Below are positions 35,437 to 48,743 of a stretch of DNA of 64,000 nucleotides, piece after piece. The translations under genes were made by a program, and so were the position numbers. The notes beneath the pieces were generated by a model. That model worked only from the letters and a program-made list of their open reading frames with translations, was not told the DNA's origin and did no database searches. Origin of the DNA: Dictyostelium discoideum (lineage: Eukaryota); NCBI GenBank assembly GCA_000004695.1, contig CM000154.2, positions 1,824,001 through 1,888,000 of the forward strand, in the 5' to 3' direction. Positions within the stretch are counted from its first letter, which is position 1; each line of letters opens with the position of its first letter.

Positions 35437-38153
35437 TTAAATTATTTGGATTAGTAATAATAATGAGAAAATTAAAATTAATGAATTAGAAATTTTAGAA
35501 GAACTATTTTCAATGTGTTTATCTATTGGAGATGTTGTTGGTTTTTCAGTTGGTTTTTCAGTTGGTTTTTCAGTTGGTTTTATAGTTGGTGCTAATGTTG
35601 GTTTAGGAGTTTCAGTATTGAGTGCTTCATTATCATATTCAAATACTTCACCATTAGCAGATTGACCATTTACAGTAACATTTACGGCCAATTTCTTATT
35701 TGTTAATGAAGGATCTATTGTTGATTTTGAAATTGAACAAGTAAGTTTGGTTGAATCTATTACAGAAACATCTTCACATGATTTACTTCCAACATTTACT
35801 GTAATCAAAGTATTTTCAAAATTGGTACCATAAATAGTAACTTGACCACCTTCAACTTGTTTTACACTTGTTGATGACATAATGGTTGGTGGACTATAAT
35901 CTAAAAACAATGGTGGTGATAATTTTGATTCAGCATCTTTAACCATGAATGAAACAGCATTTTTAATACCACTTCCTGGTGGAGCAGAGCAAGTAAGTGT
36001 TTGGGTATCTACAATAGTCAAAGAATCACATGAATGATTTCCAACCATAATTTTCAAACCAGTGTCCTTTTTATTAAAGAATGAACCTTTAATTGTCACA
36101 GTTGATCCAGAGGTTTGTGATTGAGTAATTGATTTGACAACTGGTTGAAGCTCGACATCAAGTTGGTCAGAGTCTGAGTTTTTAATACCATCAACTGAAA
36201 TGGTGGCATATGAATCACTCAATAATGTACTTGGCAAATCGAATGAAACAGTACCATTTTCAAGAGAGGAAGCTAACAGTTCGTTTCCGTTCATGTCTAA
36301 CTTTATATATTTTGAATTTGGACCAAGGTTTTTGCCACTAATTTGTAATTTATTATCAGACATTTGTTTTGCGACTAAAGAACTTGGGGATTGGTAGTTA
36401 AAATCTAGTGGAATTGAGTTTTCACCAATAACAATTGTAGATTTAATTGAACCACATCCTGGTGCAAGTTTACAAGTAGCAGATGATGAATCTGGACTAA
36501 TTAAGAAATCTGAACAATCAACACTTTGATTTCTTGCATCCAAAAGGGAAATAGTTGCTTTTGCTTTTGAATCAAGATAACCACCGATGAAATTAATTTC
36601 TTGACCATCTGTTGATGGGAGAGCTTTTAAATTAGAAATAAATGGTGTTGGTGTGACATCAAAATTATTTGAAGTATCTTGACCATCATAGACTGTAACT
36701 GCACTCTTTGATGAGTTTGTTGGTAAGTTAAATGTTAAATAAGATTCCTTTTCATCATCAAAACCTACAACAGAAAGGTCAAATGGGGTTGGAGAGCCAC
36801 CTGTTGCAACACGAATAACTGAATCGGTTTTACCCAAGTTTGAACCGGTAATAGTGAATAAAGATGCTCCTGGTTTTTGGTCAATTTTGGTAATTTGTGG
36901 TATTCCATAAGAGTATAATAATTGATTGGTATTTTTAATACCATCTATAGTAATAACAACTTTTAGATCCTTTGAACCATTCTCTTTTGAAGCAGGTGGT
37001 AATTGACACATTATTTCTGTTGATATTTGAGCACCAACAACAGCACATGTGTATGCACCTACTAAAACAGATGTAACAGATGGACCAGATCCTTTTAAGC
37101 ATTTACCAGAGATAGTGATTAGACCACCAGTTCCTTTAGAAACAGATTTATCAATTGCTTGAGGATATGAAGGGATTGTAACATAATAAGCAGCAGTTTG
37201 GGAATTACCACCGACAGTAATAAGTAACGATGAGTTTGAAGAATATTTTGAATCATAGTCAATTAAAATTTTTGATGTATCACTTGAAGTAATTGAAGCA
37301 CTAAGATCATCCTCACCCAATTTTACACTGATAACCTTTTTATCGATCCAAAAGTTTTGACCACTGATTGAAATTTGATTATTTGTAATTGCCACTGCGG
37401 AAACAACTGGTCTAGAAAAGTTTACCGGAAAACTCATAGAACCAAATGTAACTTTCATTGAACCATAACCACCTGGACTTTTAACCATTATTTTGGTTGC
37501 GTCAGTATTTGATGAAACACCCAATGACACTGGTTTTGAATTGTAAACACCAGGAAGAGTTGTAACATCTTCACCAAATAATAAGAAATCTCCAGTCATA
37601 AGAGCAGCTGTACCAGCCATTGTTGGTGGTTCCCATTTAACCTCAGTTGGTAATGGTAGTGGAATTTGATTGGCTTTAATATCATAGGCAATTACTATAT
37701 TTGGGGTTTTTAAATTTGCTCCCCTTAGAGTTAATTTTCCAGCTAATTTTGTAAAGTCCATATCCATACTCGTACAAACAGGGCTATTGGCAGATGGAAT
37801 TTCACAAGTGAATGTAATTGAGTAATCTGGTAATATTTTTTGGGAAGTTAACAAAATTTCAGTAATTTTGAAATCTACATTGGCACCAGTATATATTAAC
37901 TTTTTTCCTTTAACAGATAAAGTATCTTTTTTTAAATGTTTAAAAAATATATTAAAAAAAAAAAAAAAAAAATTATTAGTAATCTATTTTTAATCTATTT
38001 TTTTTTTTTTTTTTTATTATTATATTTAAATTTTTTTATTTATTTTATTTTTTAATATTATTTTTTGATTTAAAACTTACAACCAGCATCAACAATATTA
38101 AATATTGTTAGTGATAGAATAAAAAATAAAAATAAAATTTTATTTATTAACAT
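35437..38153 (-). CDS. IPT/TIG-repeat cell-surface glycoprotein, Tgr-like, paralogue B. Exons 38153-38081 and 37925-35437 (about 853 aa).
   Basis: Exon 1 encodes the signal peptide MLINKILFLFFILSLTIFNIVDAG + T before a GTAAGT donor. After acceptor aaaaag at 37927-37926, exon 2 reads YTLSVKGKKLIYTGANVDFKITEILLTSQKILPDY... Paralogous to gene A throughout (shared CxxC framework and IPT modules) but with KPTEKPTEKPTEKPT stalk repeats and the hydrophobic C-terminus LILIFSLLLLIQII. Confidence 0.8.
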
Positions 38154-38302
38154 TTTTTTAAATTAAAAAAATATATATTAGTAAAAGTAATATATATATT
38201 ATATATTATATATTATTAATTTTAATAAAATGAAAAATATATAATGAAATTATAATATAATAACTTTTTTTTTATTCTTTTTTTTTTTTTTTTATTTTTT
38301 TT

Positions 38303-38333
<31 letters not shown>

Positions 38334-39604
38334 TTATTATTATTATTTTTATTTATTTTTTTATTTATTTTTATTTTTATTTTAATAAAATTGAAAATAA
38401 TTATTATTCTAACTGCTATAAATGATTTTGTATTATTTTTTATATGAACTGAGGATTCAAAAAACCCATTAAACACACAGCATACAAACTCTATCAAACA
38501 GCATGCATTTACACCCACTTTCAAACAAATACAAATATATTTTTTTACCACAAAAAAAAAAAAACACATTATATTAATCTAGATTTATATGGTATTCAAA
38601 AACAACATTATTTTTTTTTTCTATTTTAGGAATCTATCTTAATGTTGTCAAATTTTTTAATTGAATATTGTTCTATTTTTGTCTCCAAAAAAAAAAAAAT
38701 AAAAAAAATAAAATAAAAAAAAAAAAAACAACACAAAACATGATTACTTTACTTTTTTTTTTTTTTTTTCTCCAAACACTACAAATCAAAAAAAAAAAAA
38801 AAAATAAATAAAAATAAAAAAAAATTAAAAATACTTGAAAATAACACATACCAAAAAAAGACATTGAAAAAAAAAAATTATGTGTGGAGAGAGCGTTAAA
38901 ATAATTAAAATATTGATTATTTGAATAACTGACCACCACACTCACCACCACACCATTGGTTAATATTAAAAAAAAAAAATTCTCCATTGTTTGGATAAAA
39001 AAAAACAACCGCCAAATTAATTTTTTGAAATTAAGTAAAAGTAAATAAAAACATAAAAAAGAGATAATTACCAAAAATTAATTTTATCTGAACATTTCTA
39101 TTATTTAATTAATATTTAGCACCCAAACCAATTTAAAAATTTTAATTAATAATTAAATATTTGAAAAATTTGTTATTTTATTTAAAATTTTAAAAAGAAT
39201 TGTAATTTTTAAAATAATTTTAAAATTAATTATTTAATTAATTATTATTTTAATTTTTTGATTATAATAAATATTCTCCAACCAATAATTAAATATTATT
39301 TAAATAATTTTTTAAATGATAATTAATAGTAATAAAAAAAAAATTCAGATTCCCTATAAATCTTTTTTTTTAATAATTTAAGTTCATTGGACTTAAATTT
39401 ACTATGTTTGAAAAAAATGATGACGGTGTACCCCCAAAGATAAAAATAAAAATAAATATTTATTTTTATTTTTATATTTTTATTTTTAATTTTTTTTTTA
39501 TTTATTTTATTACTATAATTATTATAATTATTATTATTATTATTATTATAAATTAATTATTATTACTATTATTAATTATATAGTAAATATTATTCTTTGG
39601 AAAA

Positions 39605-40336
39605 ATGGGTGTAGGTGATAATGAAAATCCAATTGTTAGTTTTAAGTTTATTGTAACATCATTATTAACAAAATTAATTGGTAGATACTTTAAAGAATTT
39701 GGTTATACTGAATTTATTTACTATTCAATTTTTTTTTTTGGTCAAAAGATAAAATATTTTCAAAGGGATCCCGATGAAAAACCATCAATTTTAAAGATGA
39801 TACTTCCACTAATCTTTATGATTTTAAATGTGATTTTTGCAGTTTATTATTTCAATGAAGATTGTAAAGAAATTATTTCAAAAAATAATGACCCCAATTT
39901 ATTTATTGGATTAATATTACTTAAATATTTATTTCATAATAATAATATTACACATGTTATGATTCATATTACTGATATTTATTTAAATGCTATTGTAAAT
40001 ATAATATAATTTTTTTTTTTTCAAAAAAAAAAAAAAAAAAAAAAAAACACAAAAACACAAAAAAACAAAAACACAAAAACAAAAAAACTTATAATTCTTT
40101 ATTATTTAATTATTTAGAAATTTATTGAAATTATAAAACTAATGATAAAAGAAATAATACTAAATTATTATGCAAAAATGAATAAACAATTAACAAAAAA
40201 ACCATTTGAAAATTTAGATGGTGCTGGTGGAGATGATAGTGGTGAAGATGACTATTTTGAAGAAATAATGTGTGTAAACAAAGGTGAAAAAGAAGAATAT
40301 TATGAAAGTAGAAAATTAAAACAAAAAATAAATTAA
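39605..40336 (+). CDS. Novel small membrane protein with an acidic C-terminal tail, copy 1. Exons 39605-39994 and 40118-40336 (202 aa).
   Basis: MGVGDNENPIVSFKFIVTSLL..., two or three hydrophobic segments. GCT ATT + GTAAAT donor and tatttag acceptor. Exon 2: KFIEIIKLMIKEIILNYYAKMNKQLTKKPFENLDGAGGDDSGEDDYFEEIMCVNKGEKEEYYESRKLKQKIN. Paralogous to copy 2. Confidence 0.65.
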
Positions 40337-40936
40337 TAAACTTTTTAAAAAAAAAAAATTTTAAAAATTAAACTATCCATAAATTCAAAAAAAAAAACTC
40401 TCGATTGTTTGAATAATAAAAAAAAAAACAGCCGCCAATTTAAATGTTTGCCATTAAGTAAAAAGTAAAAAATTAATTATTATTTGATAATAAATATTGT
40501 TTAAACTATTATTATTTTTTTTTTAAAATGAAAAAAAATATCATATATTAAAATGTAAATAGCCCAAGTTGGCCCATTTTTTGTAAAAGATATTTTTAAA
40601 TGGGAATTCATAAAAAAATAATTTAATAATTTTTAAATTTAAAAAAGTGCGCAAACTCGGACGATTTGTAATAAAATCTTTTTTTTTAAAAAATTTAAGT
40701 TCATTGGACTTAAATTTACTATGTTTGAAAATAAATTATGACCGTGTAATACCAAAAAAATTAAAATATAAAAATAAAATTTTATTTTTATATTTTAATT
40801 TTTTTTTTTTTTTTTTTTTTTTTTTGTAATTATTTTAATTATTTTTGTTATTACTATTATAATTATTATTATTATTTTAAATTTATTATTATAAATTTAT
40901 TATTAAATTATTAATTAAATATTATTTTTTTGAAAA

Positions 40937-41623
40937 ATGGTTCTAGGGGATAATGAAAACACAATTGTTAGTTCCAAGCTAATTTTAACAACATTGACAA
41001 CAAAATTAATTAGTAGATACTTTAAGAAAGAATTTAAATTTAGTTATTTTATTTACTGTTTAGTTTATATTATTGGTAAAAATATAAAATTTTTTAGAAG
41101 GGATCCAGATAAAAAACCATCAATTTTAAAGATGAATTTTCTACTATTGTTTGTCTTTTCAAATGTGCTCTCTGGGGTTTATTATTTGTATCAAGATTGT
41201 AATGAAATTTTTTCAAAAAACAATGACCCTGATTTATATTTAATTGGATTGATATTACTTATTTTTCAAGATGATAGTTTTCCACATGTTTTTATTCATA
41301 TTACTGATCTTTATTTAAATATTACTGTAAGTATAATATAAAAAAAAAAAAAAAAAAAAAAAAAAACACAAAAACTAATAATTCTTTATTATTATATTTA
41401 GAAATTTATTGAAATTAGAAAACAAAGAAAAAAAGAAAAAAAATTAAATAAAAAGGCAGAGATGCACAAAAAATTACAAAAAAAACCATTTGAAAAAGAT
41501 TTGGACGGTGCTGGTGGAGATGATAGTGGTGAAGATGACTATTTTGAAGAAATAATGTGTGTAAATAAAGGTGAAAAAGAAGAATATTATGAAAGTAGAA
41601 AATTAAAACAAAAAAAAAATTAA
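40937..41623 (+). CDS. Novel small membrane protein, copy 2. Exons 40937-41326 and 41402-41623 (203 aa).
   Basis: Same architecture as copy 1 (MVLGDNENTIVSSKLILTTL...). ATT ACT + GTAAGT donor and atatttag acceptor. Exon 2 ends ...KKPFEKDLDGAGGDDSGEDDYFEEIMCVNKGEKEEYYESRKLKQKKN. Exon 1 length (390 nt) is identical to copy 1. Confidence 0.65.
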
Positions 41624-41757
41624 TAAACTTTTTAAAAAAAAAAAGAAAAAATATATTAAAAAATTAAATTGTCGGTCAATTAAATAAAAAATTCTAAAGG
41701 GAATCTATTTTAATTTTCAAAAAAAAAAAAAAAAAAAAAATATTATAAAAATGATTT

Positions 41758-41794
<37 letters not shown>

Positions 41795-41899
41795 CAAACC
41801 GTCATATAAATAGATTTTTAATTTTAATTTTTTTTTTTTTTTGATTAGTTTGTTTTTTTTTTTTTTTCTTTTGGAAAATATTAAAAAAAAAGATAAAAA

Positions 41900-43387
41900 A
41901 TGCCATTACATATTGTTGATAAACATAAAAGTTTATATGATAACTATGTTCAATCAGCAACAACCGAAGAGATAGCAAAATTTAAACTTGCTGATGATCC
42001 AAATGAACCAGAAACAATTAAAAAACTAATAATGGATGAATTATTATTGGATGGTAATTCTAAACAAAATTTAGCAACATTTTGTCAAACTGATCTCGAC
42101 AAAAACATTCATTCAATTATGGATAAATGTATAGATAAGAATATGATCGATAAGGATGAATATCCACAAAGTGCTGAAATTGAAAATCGTTGCCTTCATA
42201 TTTTAGCAGATTTATGGAATGCTCCAGATAGCTCAGACACTATTGGTTGTTCAACAACTGGTTCAAGTGAAGCTGCAATGTTAGGAGGTTTAGCATTAAA
42301 ATGGAATTGGAGAGAAAATAGAAAAAAACTTGGTTTACCTTATGATAAACCAAATATTGTTACTGGTCCAGTTCAAATTTGTTGGCATAAATTTGCTTTA
42401 TATTTTGATATTGAAATTAGAGAAGTAATTATTAATAATTATTTAATTTAATATTTAATATATTTAAAAACTCATATTAATATATATATATTTTATTTTT
42501 TATCTTATTTTTTTAAAAAGATTCCAATGGAAAATGGTCGTTATGTTATGAATTCAGAAGAAGTTTTGAAAAGAGTCGATGAAAACACAATTGGTGTGAT
42601 TCCAACTCTTGGTGTAACATTTACATTACAATATGAAGATGTTTTTTCTATTAGTAATGCACTTGATAAATTTGAAAAAGAAAGTGGTATTAATATTCCA
42701 ATTCATGTTGATGCAGCAAGTGGTGGATTTGTAGCACCATTTATTCAACAAGAGATTATATGGGATTTTAGATTACCACGTGTTAAATCAATTAATGCAT
42801 CAGGACACAAATTTGGTTTATCACCATTGGGTGTTGGTTGGGTGGTATGGAGAGAAAAGAAAGATCTTCATAAGGATTTAGTATTCAATGTGAATTATTT
42901 GGGTGGTAATATGTCAACATTTTCATTGAATTTCTCACGTCCAGGTGGGCAAATAATAGCGCAATATTATAATTTTTTACGTCATGGTCGTAATGGGTAT
43001 ACATTAATTCAAGATGCTTGTGCACAGCAAGGTATTTTCATCGGCAAAGAGTTAAAGAAAATGGGAATTTTTGATTTAATTTATGATGGTACTGGTGCAC
43101 TCCCAGGTGTTTGTTGGACAATTAGTAAGAATTTACCCTCTGAACCATTATTTAATCTTTATGATTTATCTGAAAAGTTAAGAAGTAGAGGTTGGCAAGT
43201 TGCATCTTATTCTTTACCATCATCAATGAATGATGTAGTTGTATCACGTGTTGTAATTCGTCATGGTTTCTCTAGAGATTTATCTTCATTATTCGTTAAA
43301 GATGTTCAAAATGCAATTGAATACTTCCAAAAACATCCAATTTTAAGAAGTTTAGAAAAAGATGAAGGTGAAAATTTCCATCATTAA
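41900..43387 (+). CDS. Glutamate decarboxylase (PLP-dependent, GadB type). Exons 41900-42424 and 42521-43387 (about 463 aa).
   Basis: ...[15 protein letters not shown] + GTAATT donor and ttttaaaaag acceptor gives [26 protein letters not shown], which aligns to E. coli GadB ELREIPMRPGQ... The PLP-lysine motif [11 protein letters not shown] is present. Confidence 0.88.
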
Positions 43388-43635
43388 AAATAATATTATT
43401 ATATATTTATTAATAATATAAGAAATAAATATAAATTTATATTATTAAATTAATTTTTTTTTTTTTTATTAATTCTTTTTTTTATTTTTTTTTTTTATTT
43501 TTTTTATTTTTTTACTATTTCAATATGAATTAACTATAATAAAATGAAAATGAAAAATGAAAATAATAATATAAAAATAGTAATTATTATTATTATTTTT
43601 TTTTTTTCCACTATATCTTATTTTTTTAAAAAAAT

Positions 43636-45387
43636 TTAAACTTTACTTTGATTTTTTTGTTCTTTTTCTTTACATTCGTTACATTTATCTTGTAAGAGTT
43701 CGTGAAGATCTGGGGAAATGTAGAGATTACCATCTTTATTGGTTTCTAAATCTTCGAGATAACAAACAAAGATTGTGTCTGTACCAATACCAACGATATG
43801 AGTGAAAAGATTGAAGATACAAAAAGCGAAAATTGCAGAGAGAGCAATAGTGATTGGATTGAGAGATTTACCCATACCATACAAGAGTGCAGTGGTGAAG
43901 AGAGCAGAAGCAGCTGAACCCAAAATCTTACCTAATAATAAAACCAAACCACCAATGAAATCCATAATGACAGCATTGAACATATTTCTAGAGATGAGAT
44001 CGAAACATTCCTTTGTTGAGGTACAGAATGAATGACCATGCATTGCTACGTAGATGTAACCAAATTTGTTGATCCAACGAACGATTGATTCAATACAACC
44101 CAAAATACATTGAAGACAAGATACTACCATTACAACCAATTTGTTGGTAGCGTTACTGTTCTTACAGACACGTAACATGAATGCCATAAATTCGATAAAA
44201 GCAATGAGTAATGAACCAAATGCTAATGAACCAAAACTTGTACTCAAAGCTCTACCCAATGAACGATAGGCATTCTCTTGACCAACCAATGATTTACCAG
44301 TTGGGTCACGTGAGAAATACCAATTTGAGACGACACCAGCAACACAATGTTGGAATACAGCACTAATAAAAGATGATGCCCAAAAGAAACCAAAGATCAT
44401 AAAGTACATAAGATTTCTAATTTTGGTGTTGAATGCTGATTGTTCTTGTTCACTATCGGTTGAATTTGCTTCTGATGAGGTATGATCATTCAATGGATTG
44501 ACTGTTGAGCCTGGAATACTGAATAAATAAATGAATGAACTTGTCCAATATGCAATGAAACCAATGAAAAATAATACAACTAATGATGCAATAACAAATA
44601 CAGATGGACTACGTTGAACACCTCTACATGTCTCTGTAAACATTGCACATGTTAAATCAATACTCTTTCTAAGATAAACAATTACAACTACTAATACTAA
44701 TGTACAAATTATAATACAACCACCAACAATCATTGTACTTTTTTTTAAAAAAACAAATATATAAAAAAAAAAAAAAAAAAAAATTAGTATGTGTATTTTT
44801 TTTTTTTTTTTTTTTTTTTATATATATATATATAAAACTTACCTTTCACTACCTTCTTTATGACCTAAAGCCATAAATAAACCACCTAAAGTTGCAACTA
44901 AAGCAACACCAACACATAAAGTGAAATAAATGAAGAATCTAGTGAAAGATTTTAATAATTGAATCCAAGCTGCACCCAATGCAATTGCTAATAAAACAGA
45001 GTAAATGAGAATATCTTTATCTCTCTTTAATTCTGCTACTAAACTTTCAAGATGTGAAACAAAGTATTGTTCAATTGGATTTTCAGATGAGGTAGTATTT
45101 GTATTAAAACCTGGAATTGATGGAATATTTGGTGCATTTGGTACCAATCTACTTGGGTCACCTTTTGTGTAGGCAATACCCGAAATTGCTGCCATACCAC
45201 CAATAACTAATAAAAAGAGAATTGTGAATAAAATATCATTACATTTTCTTGAACTATGTTCTGGTTGTAATCTAGTTGATGGTGAAGATGATCCTCCTCT
45301 ACCATTGCTATTATTATTATTACCATTATTAGCAACTCTTGAATTTGTTAATAATGGTTGTTTATAATCTTCTTCTGGTGCCCACAT
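43636..45387 (-). CDS. Choline transporter-like (CTL/SLC44, Pns1) family membrane protein. Exons 45387-44843 and 44737-43636 (about 548 aa).
   Basis: Multipass TM protein with the family's conserved C-terminal block TDTIFVCYLEDLETNKDGNLYISPDL. GTAAGT donor at 44842 and aaaaaag acceptor at 44739-44738. Confidence 0.75.
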
Positions 45388-45427
45388 TTTATTGTGTGTT
45401 CTATCTACTATATTATTATTTCTTTTC

Positions 45428-45460
<33 letters not shown>

Positions 45461-46143
45461 ATTTTTTTTTTTCTTTATACTATTTAATTTTAATTCTGAA
45501 TTTTAATATTTAATATTTAATATTTGTTGACAATATTAATAAAAATTTTGTTATGTGTGAAATTTTTCTTGAGTATTTTTTATAAAAAAGTTAATAAAAA
45601 AAAAATAAAAAAAAAAAAATTAAAAAATTAAAATTTTTTTTTTTAAAAAAAAAAAATAAAATAAAAATTAAAAAAAAATATTTTTTTTAACTCCTGAAAA
45701 AATGATAACTCTCTTAAATTATTGGATTTATTTTTAGTGCGGAAAATGATCAATTTTAGAATAATTTAAAGAAGTATCTTTCTTGGGTTTTTTTTTCTCT
45801 TTTATTTATTTTATAAAAGATATAAATTTAAAAAAAAAAATAATAAAGCTTAAACACAAAAAATAAAAATAAAGCTTTAACCCAAAAAAAAAAAAATAAA
45901 AAAAAAAATAAAAATAAAAATAAAAATAAAAATAAAAATAAAAAAAAAAATAAATTATTTTTTTTTAAATTTTACACTTATTCCCATTTTTTTTTTTTTT
46001 TTAACAATGATTTAATTTTATTTATTTTTTAATATGAATTTATAATATAAAAAATAAATAAAAATAAACACTTCCCTAATTTTGAAGTATTATTATTTTA
46101 TTTATTTTTAATTATTTTTTTTTTTTTTCATTAAAATTAATTA

Positions 46144-46314
46144 GGGGGTGTTGTGGAAGTGCGCTAGCGCAACATCCACGACTACCATAAATTTGTCACT
46201 TGAATCCTCTTTGTGGAAGATCATACAAAAACCAAACCTTAAAGTGCAATGGTCTGAAATCTTTGAAATCAAATATGCCTTTATGATCACATATTGACAA
46301 TGACTGGTAAGTAT
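46144..46314 (-). ncRNA. U1: U1 small nuclear RNA gene, second copy, inverted relative to the copy at 22430-22600
   Basis: The reverse complement is identical to copy 1 except for one substitution (ttatcaa versus ttgtcaa near position 20). Same 5' ATACTTACCAG, ATTGCAC loop and Sm-like site. Confidence 0.9.
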
Positions 46315-46482
46315 GGTTTTAAAAAAAAAAGTTTAAACTCTATATAAATTAACATTAATAATAAAATCATTTATGGTTTAATTTTGGAATTCATTTCTTT
46401 TAAAATTTTCGACAATCCAAAAAAAAAAAATTTCTAAAAATAGAAAATTCAACAGAAAAGAAAATTCAATAATCAACTAAAA
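46315..46482 (-). promoter_or_regulatory. Upstream promoter block of U1 copy 2 with a DUSE-like AAACCATAAA (46370-46379, about -60)
   Basis: About 85-90% identical to 22262-22429 in inverse orientation. Confidence 0.6.
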
Positions 46483-46518
46483 AATAGAACACTCAAAAAT
46501 ATACAAAATGAATGTATA

Positions 46519-46549
<31 letters not shown>

Positions 46550-46693
46550 ATACATATTATAATATATTAAACATGATCATTTTAGAATTTAAAGAAATAT
46601 CTCATCTTTTTATTCTCTAAATTATTTTAGGTGGCAAATAAATTTATATTTATTTTTTTATTTTTTATTTTTTATTTTTTATTTTTTTTTATT

Positions 46694-48646
46694 TTAATTT
46701 TTATTTAAATTTTTAATTTGATTTAAAAATTCTTTCGATGTTAATAGTTCATTTGAACCATAAATAATTTTTTTATTGTGTTTCTAAAAGATTAAAAAAA
46801 AAAAAAAAAAAAAAAAAAATTAGTAAAAAATGAATGAAATTAAGTAAATATAAATATATTTTTAAATTATATAAATTACCTTTGAAAAATCTTGAAGATT
46901 TTGATATTCTACATAATTACCACCACCAACAGTGAAAACAATAGCTTCTTTAAAAGGAGTTGTTCTTTTTGGAACATTTGATTTATTTTGAATCTTTGGA
47001 TCCAAATAAAGATAATCAGCATCCAAAGTATTCTTTAAATCCATAATTGATTCTACGATTCTAGTTACAAATAAATCCTTACTCTTTGGTAATAATGCTC
47101 TAACACCTTGTTGAAAGAAATTTGTAAATGATTCAACACCTTGATAACCTGTTACACTTGTCATCATTTGCATAAATCCACCAATTTTACCTGATGCCGT
47201 ATTACTTGATTGAGTACTTGATTGATTAACATTTGCAATTGCTGTTAAACTTTCATTAAATGCTTTTGTTCTAATAATAGTAATAATAATAAAAAATTTA
47301 GTATTTTATAATAAAAATAAATAATAATTTTTTAATTGATTTTTTTTTTTTTTGATTATACTTTTTAAAGAAATCTAAAGTTGATAAATCAGCACCCATT
47401 TTAGTTAATGCATCTTCATATTGATCCATTTCAGATTGTGGTACATTTTTAGTTGATAAAAAGTAAATGATAAGTAAACGAATTTTATCCTCTAAAGTAC
47501 CTCTACCACCAGTTTCACCAACTATTGGCGAGGTGATTAAAGAGTGTAATTCTTTTTTATCAGTTAATGATCTAGTGATAATTGATTCTTCCATTGCAAA
47601 GAAGCAATCAATTTGTCTATCACGAATATTCTTTGTTAAATCAGTTGCTAAATTTGTATGAATATCAATTAATCTTTTCTTTTCATCCATTTCTTGTACT
47701 AAATTACCTAATCCTTTTGTTTTATTTTCATTTGATTTTTTATTATTATTATCACTTAAAAAAAAAAAAATTAGTATAATATATAATATATAATATAATA
47801 TATATAATATATTTACAAATCATCACTATCATCAAGTTTAATATCAGTAATTTGTTGTAATTTTTCCATTTGTTGATAATATTCATTAATTTGAGATTTA
47901 ATTTCACCAGCAACACTTGAGAAAGCAGCACCAGTATTTGAAGACCAAAAAGAATCAGAGGAAGAATCTAAACCATAAGATTTCTTTGAGGTTTGACCAT
48001 TTTGAGTTACATCGATACGAACTTGATTTAAGGACATATTTAGTACATCATGAACCAATGCTTGATAGGTCCATGGATGATGAAGACAAACTGATAAATC
48101 TACATTTCTATCCAACAGAATTAAAACAGGTCTATAGAAACTTGATAATTGTGAACCCATTTCATTCATATTACTAAACACATTTGATCCACCACTACTT
48201 TGTAATGTTGTTGATATTCTTTTCTCCAATGCTAAAGCTATCATTTCAGCCGCTGAATTCTTTGGTGCTCTAATGATTGGTACAACGCCCAATGTAACCA
48301 ATACACTAAATAAACTATCTACAACCATATCAATATTCTCTTGTGCTTGAGTATCCTTTATACGTGTATCATTAAATGATAAATAACTATCTCTTGGATT
48401 ATTTAATACAAATAAATCATTCTCTAATGATATAAAATTTAAAAATTGATCATAAACTTTACTAATCATTGATACTGAATCTGATTGAATAGTTAATGTT
48501 GCTAATTCTTCCATTAATTGATTTGATAATTTACTTGCAAAATTTAAATAAATATTATCATATAATTTATTTTTACAATCCTTTTTTTAATGATAATAAT
48601 AATAATAATAATAATAAAATTTGAAATTAGTAAATATAGATAGAAA

Positions 48647-48743
<97 letters not shown>

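Larger units (their letters stand above)
38980..41640 (+). repeat. Direct tandem duplication of a 1.33-kb gene unit (period about 1332 bp), including conserved upstream noncoding blocks
   Basis: Unit boundaries: ATG to ATG is 39605 to 40937. Upstream blocks ttcattggacttaaatttactatgtttgaaaa (39381 / 40696) and ...aacaaccgccaaatta... / ...aaacagccgccaattta... (39005 / 40425) are repeated at the same relative positions. Confidence 0.8.

Noticed and set aside
38400-38960. Two short mixed-composition patches (38440-38560 and 38880-38960) upstream of Tgr-like gene B
   Set aside because: They have no ORF and no recognisable RNA motif. The position fits promoter or 5'-UTR sequence of the divergently arranged genes, and the evidence is too weak to call a feature.
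43802-48177. ORFs 43802..44035, 47467..47661, 47582..47779, 47917..48177, 36200..36397, 57645..57830 and 62439..62669
   Set aside because: They are antisense or off-frame overlaps with the CTL, sly1, Tgr-like B, large-protein and cdk5 genes.
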